Source of the DNA: Callorhinchus milii
Lineage: Eukaryota
Direction of reading: 5' to 3'
Length of the DNA stretch: 64,000 nucleotides
NCBI RefSeq assembly: GCF_018977255.1
Contig: NW_024704766.1
Location: 4,898,001 to 4,962,000, forward strand
A program made the translations under genes and the position numbers. The notes beneath the pieces are model-generated. The model worked only from the letters and a program-made list of their open reading frames with translations, had not been told where the DNA came from and searched no databases. This document shows positions 39,026 to 50,100 of this stretch, piece by piece. The first letter of the stretch is position 1; every line of letters starts with the position of its first letter.

Positions 39026-42000
39026 GGGGGGAAATGGGGTTAGAGTAGAGAGCTCCAGTGGGGGAGCGAGCCCCAGCACAGACACGATGGGGAGAGAGAG
39101 AGAGAGAGAGAGAGGGAGGGGGGGAGAATGGGGTTAGAGTAGAGAACTCCAGTGGGGAGCGAACCCCAGCACAGATACGATGGGGAGAGAGAGACAGAGA
39201 GGGGGGAATGGGGTTAGAGTAGAGAACTCCAGTGGGGGAACGAGCCCCAGCACAGACACCATGGGGAGAGCGCGCGAGAGAGAGAGGGGGGGGGAATGGG
39301 GTTAGAGTAGAGAACTCCAGTGGGGAGCGAACCCCAGCACCGAGACACGATGGGGAGAGAGAGAGAGCGAGAGCAAGGAATGGGGTTAGAGTAGAGAGCT
39401 CCAGTGGGGGAACGAGCCCCAGCACAGACACCATGGGGACAGAGCAGGGAATGGGAATTAGAGCAGCGAGCCTTCAGTTGACATGGGGAGAAGTTCCTCG
39501 CAAATGTTTATTGGTGATCATTCTTTTTTTTGGGGGGGGAAAGGATTCTTACCACCTTCGGGAACTAACCAGGTTCCCTAAGGCATTGCAGGCACTTAAC
39601 ATCGAGCAGTTTATGCCCTTTGGGACATTCCTCCTTTGGGTGAAAGGCGATGACCATTTAAATGTAAATGTGTATTGTATTGACGTGGTGATATTCTCCC
39701 CAGTCTGGCTAAAGGTTTAGTTTGATTGATTGATTGATTGATTCCAGTTGATAGCCTCGGGCAGTCTAACTCGCACTCGTGGCCTTGTACTCAGAAGTTT
39801 CTGGGTTATAGGGCCCCCGCATCAAGACCTGGGCTCAGCGCTGGGAGCGGGTGGTGGAGGGGGGGCCGGCGGCGGGTGGAAGAGCCATATTTTTAGAGGG
39901 TCGTTAATTCTTTATAACGATAACAACAATAATGATAATCCTGGCATTTGATACGGCGCCTCATCACGCCTTCGAGACGTCTCAAAGCGCTCGACAGGAT
40001 AGGCGGTAAAGTGAATTGACTGCGTATTTTGCGGCCAGCCAATTGCGCACAGCAGCGTCCCGCAAACCGCGGCGGATCGAGGGACCGAATTATTATTTTG
40101 ATGGAAGCGCAAGAGGTGGGGGGGAGCCTGTTTCGGGATGGAGAGGGTCGCTAAAAAGGGTTAATGTTCCTGTACTTGCGGTTGACACTCCCACTGGCTG
40201 AGTCTGGCCAAACCTGCTCTGCACACCGAGCGCCTATTTGATGTTATTATTATGACATTTGATCATTTGGTGCGATGATCACAATAATAACTCGCGACAG
40301 GCGATTTAACTCGGTATTTCCCGAGGCTGCTGCTAGTCGGAGATGGCCCTGAACTGTCTCCCCTTGGTTTCAGATTCCGATTCGGATACAGAGGTGCCAC
40401 CGGTTATTTCCCTCCCCCAGGCCCTGAACACCAGCAATTGGGGATCGCAGAATGGCACAGCATCAACAACAAACAATTACACTTCTGTAGCGCCAGCGGG
40501 GGGAGACAGTGAGTGACCAGTTACCCCATCTGATCTTCATCCCTCTATATAGTCTGATATTAACACTGACACCTCTATATAGTCTGATATTAACAGTGAC
40601 ACCTCTATATAGTCTGATATTAACACTATATAGTCTGATATTAACACTATATAGTCTGATATTAACACTATATAGTCTGATATTAACACTATATAGTCTG
40701 ATATTAACACTATATAGTCTGATATTAACACTGACACCTCTATATAGTCTGATATTAACAGTGGGCACCTCTATATAGTCTGATATTAACAGTGGGCACC
40801 TCTATATAGTCTGATATTAACAGTGGGCACCTCTATATAGTCTGATATTAACAGTGAGAACCTCTATATAGTCTGATATTAACAGTGGGCACCTCTATAT
40901 AGTCTGATATTAACAGTGGGCACCTCTATATAGTCTGATATTAACAGTGGGCACCTCTATATAGTCTGATATTAACAGTGGGCACCTCTATATAGTCTGA
41001 TATTAACAGTGGGCATTTGGTATTAACCGTGTATGTTCCGACAGCTGGGAGCCCCATTGCCGTGCGAGGTGTGATTCTGTCTGTCTGTCTGCTGGCCCTG
41101 GCGTTGGTGGTGCTGAGTGTCCTCGCTGTCAGGTGTTGGAAACGCGGACGGTGCTGGACAAGTAGGTGTGGTGTCTCCCTGCGTCACTCCCTCCCATCGC
41201 CTCGCCGCATCTCGGTGACACTTGCTCGTTCCCATCAGGGGAAACCTGTTTGGTACAACATCTCGGGCAGTGGTCTACAGCCACAGTGCCGTCACATGTA
41301 GTGACTGTTCCTAGAGGCGGACGCGGTGGCCAGTTTGCGCCGTGAAGTGGGATTGATTATCTGTCGGCCAGGACAACAACCACAACAACAACTTCCATTT
41401 TATATCACGCCAGGCAGGGTCCTGGAGCACTTAGGACTCCTAGAGAACCTCTTGTGTTTAACGTCCACACGCACAGGTGGAAGGGACGTGGGGTTAACGG
41501 TACCTCCAACAATATAGCGCTGCGCCCCCCTCCCCCCCACCACCCAACTCCGATAACGTGGGGAATGTCATCTGGAGTCCTGACTCAAGAGATCAGAAAG
41601 TGGCTAATGTTTTCACACTGTGTCTTTGCAACCGGGGCGCGGGGTGGGGGAGAGGGGGATTTCCTGACATAAAGGTTTAGCGGGAAATAACAGCCACCCT
41701 CGCGATTAGCTTACAAAGGGTTAAACCCCGCTTCACTCCAACCCCTCCACTTTGTTCCACAGAACCCAAGTTCACCTTCAGCAAAAACGTTCTCAGGTGA
41801 GTCGCGCTCAGCAGGAACTCGTGTGAGTTTTTTTGTTACGGAAACGTGGTAAACCCTACCCACCGCAGCGATCGTGGTCTTTCCATACCAACCGGTTCTC
41901 TTCCCCCACCCCTCAGCGGGCGCTGACCTGCTCCTCGTGCCCCTGACCGACCCATCCCACCATCAGCATTCGGCCCTTTAGCCTTTCTGCACGCAGGCGG

Positions 42001-42452
42001 AGATTCCCTTTGGATCTCCAGCCCACATTCCCTTCGCCTCGCTCCCTCCCTCGCCTCCTTCAAGGCCCAACTCAAGACCCTACTCTTCGACCGAGCCTTC
42101 AGTGACCCTCCTATCCCATCCCCCCCACACACACACCCCCCCCACACCACCCTCCACCCCATCCTGAACCCAACCCCCAGCTCGGGTCCAAATACCTGAC
42201 TGTCCAGAGCCTTGGGACGTCCTCCCGACGTGCACTCCAGCACAGCCTTGATCCCAGTACAGGTTGGTGTAATCATGACTTTGTCCACGCAGAGACCTGA
42301 AGAACATACAGCTGGAGGTGGAGCCACCGTTTACAGTGAGCGGAGCACTGAGCTTCCCAGGTCCCCGTCCCAGCACCGTCCTCTACCATTACATGGCAAC
42401 GTTCCAAGAGGAACCACAGTCCAGAAATTCCGGGGCGGAGGGAGGATTGTAG
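38933..42452 (+). CDS. SMIM35: Small integral membrane protein 35 orthologue; spliced CDS span, 5 exons, ~149 aa
   Basis: Exons 38933-38936 (ATG G|gtaag, tentative), 40374-40508 (DSDSDTEVPP...NTS..NGT...NYT), 41045-41161 (TM GVILSVCLLALALVVLSVLAV + RCWKRGRCWT), 41763-41796 (KPKFTFSKNVLR), 42293-42452 (DLKNIQLEVEPPFTVSGALS...YHYMATF...GGL*). Matches recalled human SMIM35 ([38 protein letters not shown]). Lies between TMPRSS4 and IL10RA on the opposite strand, as in human. Confidence 0.82.
38955..39455 (-). repeat. Same tandem array, reverse-complement copy
   Basis: Unit GGGGAGCGAGCCCCAGCACAGACAC(G/C)ATGGGG(AG)n..AATGGGGTTAGAGTAGAGAGCTCCAGT, ~6 copies. Confidence 0.9.
40543..41014. repeat. Compound minisatellite (30-, 21- and 31-bp units) filling a SMIM35 intron
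   Basis: Invariant core TATATAGTCTGATATTAACA with variable linkers. Confidence 0.95.
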
Positions 42453-42849
42453 CACTCACCAGTAAGCGGAACCACATTGTTTCACGGCTGATTTGTGGGG
42501 ACGCCGCTGGGCGCAATTTCCAGTCATTCCACTTTGCAGTGTGTCCTGTGAAGCGCTTTGAGACGTCTCGAAGACGTGATAAGGCCCTATGTCAAATACA
42601 AGGATTATTATTATTATTATTATAAAATTTTTGCAATTCTTGACTGTGCCACAAGATGTAGCACTTTGCAAAGGCTTGGGCCTCTCTTCACTGCTTTTCT
42701 GAGACGCTGATCTTAAAATCAACCCGATTCCCAGGCTCGATCCCCGCCACATCTCGTGATTTCTCTGCTCGAGTTGCTCATCTTGTTCCCTTTTTTGGAA
42801 TGGTTGTATTCCCGTCTCGCTAGCCACTGGAGGGAAAGAATTATAACCA

Positions 42850-43179
42850 TGATAATAATCCTTGCATTTAACACAGCGCCTTAGCACTTCTTCGCGACGT
42901 CTCAAAGTGCTTCACAGAATATAGGGTAAAGTGTATTGGCTGTATATTTCGTGGGCGAAACGCGGCAGCCAATTGCGCACAGCAGCGTCCCCACAGACAG
43001 CCGTGGATTGAGTGACTAAATTATTATTTTTTTCGACCAACAACCAGGTTCCTACTACTGCTAAGTGAACAGAGGTGGGTGTCTGGAGTGGGGAAACCTA
43101 CCCAACGTTAGGGGGAATCGAACCCAGGTCCTCTCGCTTGCGAGGTGAGCGCTTCTAACCACTGAGCTGCAGGACTCCA
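42850..43179 (-). mobile_element. tRNA-derived SINE
   Basis: Same family, reverse orientation, with intact head ending at ...GCAGGACTCC. Confidence 0.8.
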
Positions 43180-44142
43180 ATGAGATAAGGCAATGCTCTC
43201 CGCGAGACTATTTCACTTTCTTTCTGCGAAGGGTGAACAAGAGACAAAAACTGTAAATGATTTGGATCAAAATTCTCTGTAACCGACTTCTGGAGAATCA
43301 GTCATCTGTTACAAACAGAAGTTCCCTTCGGTCAAAACTCCCTACTCTGTAACTTCCCTCTCTCAAACCCACATTAAGGTGCACCGAGCCGGATAGAATG
43401 CTCCTAAATGGATTGGGGGGTGGAGGGGGGGGAGCGATTGCAGTCCTTCGAATCCAGGATTGAGCCTTTTCTTAACCGATTCCCAACTGCCTTAGCCTCA
43501 ACCAAACTTCCCGGCAATCCCTCTACGCTTTCCGTGTAAAGAAATAATTCCCGTAAAAAAATTTGCCCTTTCCGGACGGACAAAAGTTAAACAAAATGAT
43601 AATAATTTGGTCACTTCGATCCGCAACTGTTCGTGGTCTGCCTCACCAACAACAACATCTTGCATTTAGGCAGCGCCCTTCACACGGCGTAGCATCCCGG
43701 AGCGCTTCACGGTGGCGGAGTCTGTCAACGAGCAGAGCGGGGGGGGTGGGGGGAGTTGACAGAAAGCACGGTCAAGAAAGGAAGGGTCTTTTGGCAGGAT
43801 TTGGAGGTGAGGGCGGGAGAGGGGGCGAGGCGGAGGGATTGGGGGAGAAAGTTCCAGAGATTCGGGTACGTGGTGGCTGAAGGCAACGGCCACCGATGAC
43901 GGATCGGACGGGAACGAGGGACGAATAGGAGGCCGGAGACAGCCGAGCGGAGGCAGTGGGTGGCAATTAGATAAGACCACGGTGACGGTTCCAGCCATCA
44001 GTTTCATGAAAAATCAGATTTTTTTTAATAATAAATTACTATCCAAATAAATTACAAAAATGCATTCGTTCGTTCATTCATTCGTCCCAAGTCCCCCCCA
44101 CCCCCCCCCACACCCACACCCCAAAAAAAAACAATGTCCATT

Positions 44143-47100
44143 TCACAAGGTTGCCTCAGTCATCACTAAATCATCTAAAGTCAGGAGTCCGTTTGAGAAG
44201 CAGTCCACCGTGTCGAGGTGGCCCGGGGTCGAGAAGCCGAGCGCCGTGTCCTGCTGAGGTGGTGACGCGAGGGACATGCCCCCGTGCTGTGTGGAGCTCG
44301 CGGGGTTCGAGCTTTGTTTCTGGTAGCCTGAGACGTCGGGGCTCAGTCCGCTGTCGGGCGTGTTCTGGTGCAGGATGCCGCCCGACCGCAGAATAACAGC
44401 GTTCTCCCCGGCCGCCGGGCCCTGGAGGCTGACGGGCTCCGGCCTCTGTTGCATGTAGTGGTTCGGCTCCTCGTCGCAAACTATACTGAGCTGCCCGCTG
44501 CTCCAAGCCTCGCACTGCCCGCTGGCCTGACCCGCAGACTGAGCGCTCGTCTGACCCGCGAATTGTCTACTCATCCGACCGCCGGACTGCCCGCTGGTCT
44601 GGCTCCCCGACTGCCCGCTCAGATCGATGCCGCTGTCCACAGAAGAGGCCTGTGCGATGTTGACGTCCCGCCAGGCGTCTCCCTGCTCCGGGGGCGAGCA
44701 CAATAACTTGCTGTTCGTGTCAAAGAAGACCTGAAGCACCACCTCGTCCATCAGCATGGGGTAGTCCATCAGACTGCGACACTTGCTGTTGCTCTTCACA
44801 AAGGATTTCTGCCGAAGGGAATAACACAAGGAGAATTCAGGGTCGACCCCCGGAAACCTGAACACATTTCCCCCCCTCTCACGCTCAGCGGAACCTGTTC
44901 GGGTGGATGTTGGAAGATCCCCTGGAACTACCCGAAAAGAGAAGTGTCCCAGCCAATAATTCGCCCTCCCACCCACCACCGCTCACCCCCCCCTCACCGC
45001 CCGTCCCAATAAAAATCAGTCAATGTGGGGGATGCAGACATGAGCAAATTTGTGGAGTCGTGTAGTGCAGTAGTTTAGCGAGAGGACCCAGGTTCGATTC
45101 CCGGGTGGGGCCAAACCTCAGGCAAGTTTCCTGACTCCACCCGAAGTGAAGAGCTTGTGAGAGTTTTGCTATCGACGCTTTAAGTAATCAGAGGATTATT
45201 ATTAAAGTTAAGTGTCTCACAGAGAGATTTACCCCCAGGCTCTGGTAAACAGCGTTCTTAACGCTGTGGTGCTTGGTTCCGACTGGGTGTAGCGGCCAGT
45301 GAGGCTCGTTAGGGAGTGAAATTCATTATCCTTTTGTACTCAACCATCAAACACACACACACACCCACCCGCACATTTCAGCAGTTCTGGATAGTGAGGA
45401 CTATGGGGGAACTCAGGCTGACTTTGTTCTTTTCCCAGTCTCAAGCAGATGCAAGCCCTGATCTGAGCTCAATAACTCAGCACGGAGTGAGCCTGGAGCC
45501 TTGTGGTGTGTGTGTGTGTGTGTGTGTGTGCGTGGTTGAGTGCTGTAGAGCTCGGGGGGGGGGAGCCGGGAGAGGAGAGACCAGACTCTCAGTGATGAGA
45601 ACATGATGCAATGTGCAGTGATGAGACATCGCAGGTTATCCGTGGTTCTTCTCGGAATTTCCGCTCTACGTTGCACTCCGACATTCTCAGGAACTTACCA
45701 GCACGCTCGGGATCTCGGGCTTTTTGCTCCGGTGGTGGTAGAAAATCCCGAAGAAGACACACAGCACAACGATGGTGAAGACAACAGCGCTGGCGGCGCC
45801 AATCGCCACGTTCCCGATCTCCAAGCCTGGAGACAAGCAAAACCCTCTTGTTAATCCGTAAGCCATCCTGAAGGCTGAGGCTACGTCCATGCAATCTGTG
45901 CGCCGGGACTGATGATGTGGACCGGCCTCTGTTGTCATCAGACTCCGGCCCTGCCAAGCGCTCCGGGACGCTACCCCACGTGAAGGGCGCTATTTAAATG
46001 CAAGTTGTTGTTGGAAGCCAGACGCCAATTGGCACCTCAGTCCAGGGCCAGGCCGCCAGGAGCCTCCGAGCATTGTGCTGGTAATCCAGCAAGCAGCCAT
46101 AGTTGTTGGCAAACTTGTCAGCCTTTCCCCCCCCTGCCCCCACCCCATCGGAGGGTACCCCGGACCCTCCTCACACCATCCGATTAATCCTACTCCCGTG
46201 CCTTTCCCTCTCCAGCCACGTGGTGGAAGCTGTGTGGCATTCACGTATCAGAGGCTTACCTTGTGGCAGTTGTGGAATGTGTTGGCATTTCTCACTGGAG
46301 AAGTTGGAATGGTTGGGACGCGTGCTGATGCTTGTCTGCACGCTGACACAGTAAACCTCTCCTGGTTTCAGTTCCATGGATCGCCACGATCCGAGTGCTT
46401 TAAACTCCCAGACGTGCTGAGAATGAGAGTGCCTCCAGTGAGTACAACTTGGCCCAACAAATCACTAGGTCACACGAGAGGTTTGGATGAAGCTGGTCGT
46501 TTGGCCCATTTGATCTCATCCTTCCAGAATACCCGCCCGTTCCCACCGATTCGTATAATAGTAATAATAATACGTGCATTTTACACAGCGGCTTATCACA
46601 CCTTTGAGATGTCTCAAAGCGCTTCACAGGACACACCGTAAAGTGAATTGACTGTATATTTTGTGGACGAAACGCGGCAGCCAATTACGCACAGCAACGT
46701 CCCCACAAACAGTCATGGGTTGAGTGACAAAATTTTTTTTTGGAGGGGTTATTAGCCTCCGGAAAAGTGATCTGCCAATCGACTAACAACCAGGTTCCTG
46801 CTTACTGCAAAATAAACAGAGACGTGTGTGCGGGTGGAGTAAGGAAACTTGCCCAACGTTTTGCACTGCCCGGGAATGAAACCTGGGTCCTCTCGCTTGC
46901 GAGGCGAGTGCTCTAACCACTAAACTACACGTCTCATCCCCAATGCCCCGGCTTGTACCACTCTGTTTGGTTACGAATACATGTATGAAGTCCTATTGTG
47001 AGCACAAGTACGTGTACGAAGCTGACTTGTGCGAAATTATATTACGAAAAGACGCATGCGGGCGAGTAAAACAGATTAATAATATCAGGAAATAGCTCCC

Positions 47101-50100
47101 GCGAGGAGATGCATTTACTCTGTCTTTCATTCCATCTGTTAACTGCAGTGAAAATGTACCTGATCAGAGCCGTTCTTTCGTAATCGAATTTTGTTGACCA
47201 GAGCAGACCCGAAGATGTCCGTCATGGCCCTGAAGAGCGAACCTCTCTGCAGAACAAGCGGATTGATGCTGACTACAATCTGCTTCAAGTCCGCCTTTAC
47301 CTCAAAGGTCGGGCAGCTTAGAGAAGCTGAGAGAAACAAAAGGTTCAAATTAATTATCATCCTTGCATTTGATACAGCACCTTATCACGTCTTCGAGACG
47401 TTCCAAAGCGCTCCACAGGATACACAGTAAAGTGAATTGACTGTATATACGTGGGAGAAACATGGCAGCCAATTGCGCACAGCAGCGTCCCCACACACAG
47501 CTGTGGATTGAGTGACTGTGGCGCAGGATTTGCAAATATGTGCGCGAAGCACATCAGTATTCACTGTGTCAATCCCTACACTACTTACTGGATTCGATGG
47601 GCGTGAAGTAATCTGCCACCTGCCATTCCGAGGTCACATTCTCCACAACTCTCCTGACTCGGGTGATGAAGGTATCGTTGAATTCCCAGGTCTCCAACGT
47701 CAGATCACACGACCAGTTTGATATGTGCGTACAGTGTGGCACCTCTATCCAAATTCCTACACCGTACCTGCCGACCAAACAGGAGGCTCGTCAACAACAA
47801 GAACTTGCATTTATATAGCGCCCTTTCACGCAGGATAGCGCCCCAGAGCGCTTACATCATACACGATTGACACCATCAGTTCAGATTAGGAAGGTCTTTC
47901 GGCCCAATTGATTTCATCCTTCAAGGACACCAGCCCTCCACTCTCCCCATTACAGCATCAAACTACCCTCAATGGTACCTCACTAATCAATGCCCCTCTG
48001 TTGTAAGGAATGCTCCCCACCCCAGGTCCATCCTGAAACTGCCCTTCTCACCCTGACGTACCTGGGGGTTTTGTTCTGGGATTCCTTTCACTAAAACGCC
48101 AAAGAAATAATGGGGTCAAAATCAACAGTTTTTTTTATGTTTGCTCTGCGGTTTATGGAGCCGTCTGAATTGTGAATCCTCAAAATTGGGAAACCGTCAA
48201 ATATTTTCCGTCCTCAAGATATACAAGTCAATTCACTTTGCGGTATATCCTGTGAGGCACTTTGTTTCCAGCGCCTTGGGACATCTTCCTGACGTGAAAG
48301 GCGCTGTGCGAGCGTAGTTTCTTGGTTTTTGTGGTGGTTGTAAGCTGCCAAAGGCACGCAGGACCCCTGGGTTTTATGACGTTTCCTTAAATAAGGAAAG
48401 AAATGTGTTTGCGAATTCTGCAGCTGGCTGAGGTCGGAGTAGATCATTAACTAGTTAGAGCTCACTGCATGCAAGAGTGGACTAACCTGTGGAGTGTTCG
48501 CCTTGACTAGGCACAAGGTCACACACACAGGTTATTGACCGGCCGTTGCAACAGGATGCAACTTGCTATGAGAGTAAATAATCCGTTCATTTGAGACAAT
48601 GTCCGCAACATTAAAGAATCTCAAGTTAAAAGGCTTCACGGAGAATCTCTGTCAAGCGTAGTGACTGCTTATCTGTAGGCAAACATTGCCCGTGTCAACA
48701 TCCCACACAAAGGCATAAAGTGAATGATTAATTTATCTGCAGGATGCGAGGAGAAAGTCTATGTTTCCCCCCCAATACAATCATGAGATCTTTAGCATCA
48801 CATCCACACAGGCACAGATGGGATTTGGTTTAGAATAGTAACACTTGCATTTAAATATAGCGCCCTATCATATCTTCGAGACGTCTCAAAGTGCTTCAAG
48901 GGATATACTGTAAAGTGAATTGACTGTATTTTATGGGCAAAACGCGGCAGCCAATTGCACACAGTCCCACAGTCATGGATTGAATGACCAACTATTTTTA
49001 AAGGTATTATTATTACCTCCGTAACAGCAATACGCCAATCAACTAACAACCGGGTTTACTGCGGGTTTACTGCGGGTTTACTGCGAGGTAAACAGAGGGG
49101 TGTGGGGTAAGGAAACTTGCCTAATGTTTCGCCCTGCCCGGGAATCAATCCCATGTCCTCTCGCTTGCGAGCCAATGGCCTTAAGCTACAGGATTCGACC
49201 TCATTAAAATCTTAAGAATTCAGATGAATCCTTCAGATTATTTAGTGAAAAAGCAATTTAAATTAATATTGAAAAAATTCAGATGGATTTTCATGTCTCA
49301 TTTTAACGATGGGGCCTCAGCACTACCCTCTGGACTCGCTTCCCTTTTTTTTTTTACACGACCCTCTACAGCAGCACGTTCCACACTTTCGCCTCCCTCT
49401 GCGTGGAGAAAGCGTGTCACTAGTAACTTCCCCTTCTGGTATTCCCTGAAACATCCCTGTGTCATTATTATAACACACACGCGAGGGGAAAATCAGCAAC
49501 ATTACATCCCACCCCGTCTCCCGTTACGATAATAATAATCCTTGCGTTTGATACAGCGCCTTATCACGTCTTAGAGACGTCTCAAAGCTCTTCACAGGAA
49601 ACACTGTAAAGTGAAGCGACTGTGTGTTTTTGTGGGCGAAACATTGCCACGGTGAGAACACGCCTAAAACAGGTCAGCAGTGTGACAAGAGCTGAACGCT
49701 GCGCCAGTCAGTGTCCGCGGATAAGCTGCTCGTTCGCTCTATGGACGTGTTCGAGATCTTGCTCTACGCGACATGGCCGCCACTCTTCATAAAACAAGAC
49801 AGATCGCTTGGGCGTAAATTACTGTATGTGCTTCGAGATATTGTGATTCCGCCATCGCGGAGCGCTCCGAGACGCTAACTCGCGTGAGGGGAGGGGGTGA
49901 GGGGGAGGGGGTGAGGGGGGGGGGGATGGGGGGGTCGCTGTTCTTGTTCTTGTTGTGGTTGAGCTGATGCACACGGAAGGACTTGATGTAAGAGCAGATT
50001 ATTTGCGAGTCGAGCTGCAGTAATGGTGGGAGGCTGTGAACTTTACACTTTACATGCACATGCACACGCTCATACACACACCCACACACACACAAGCTCA

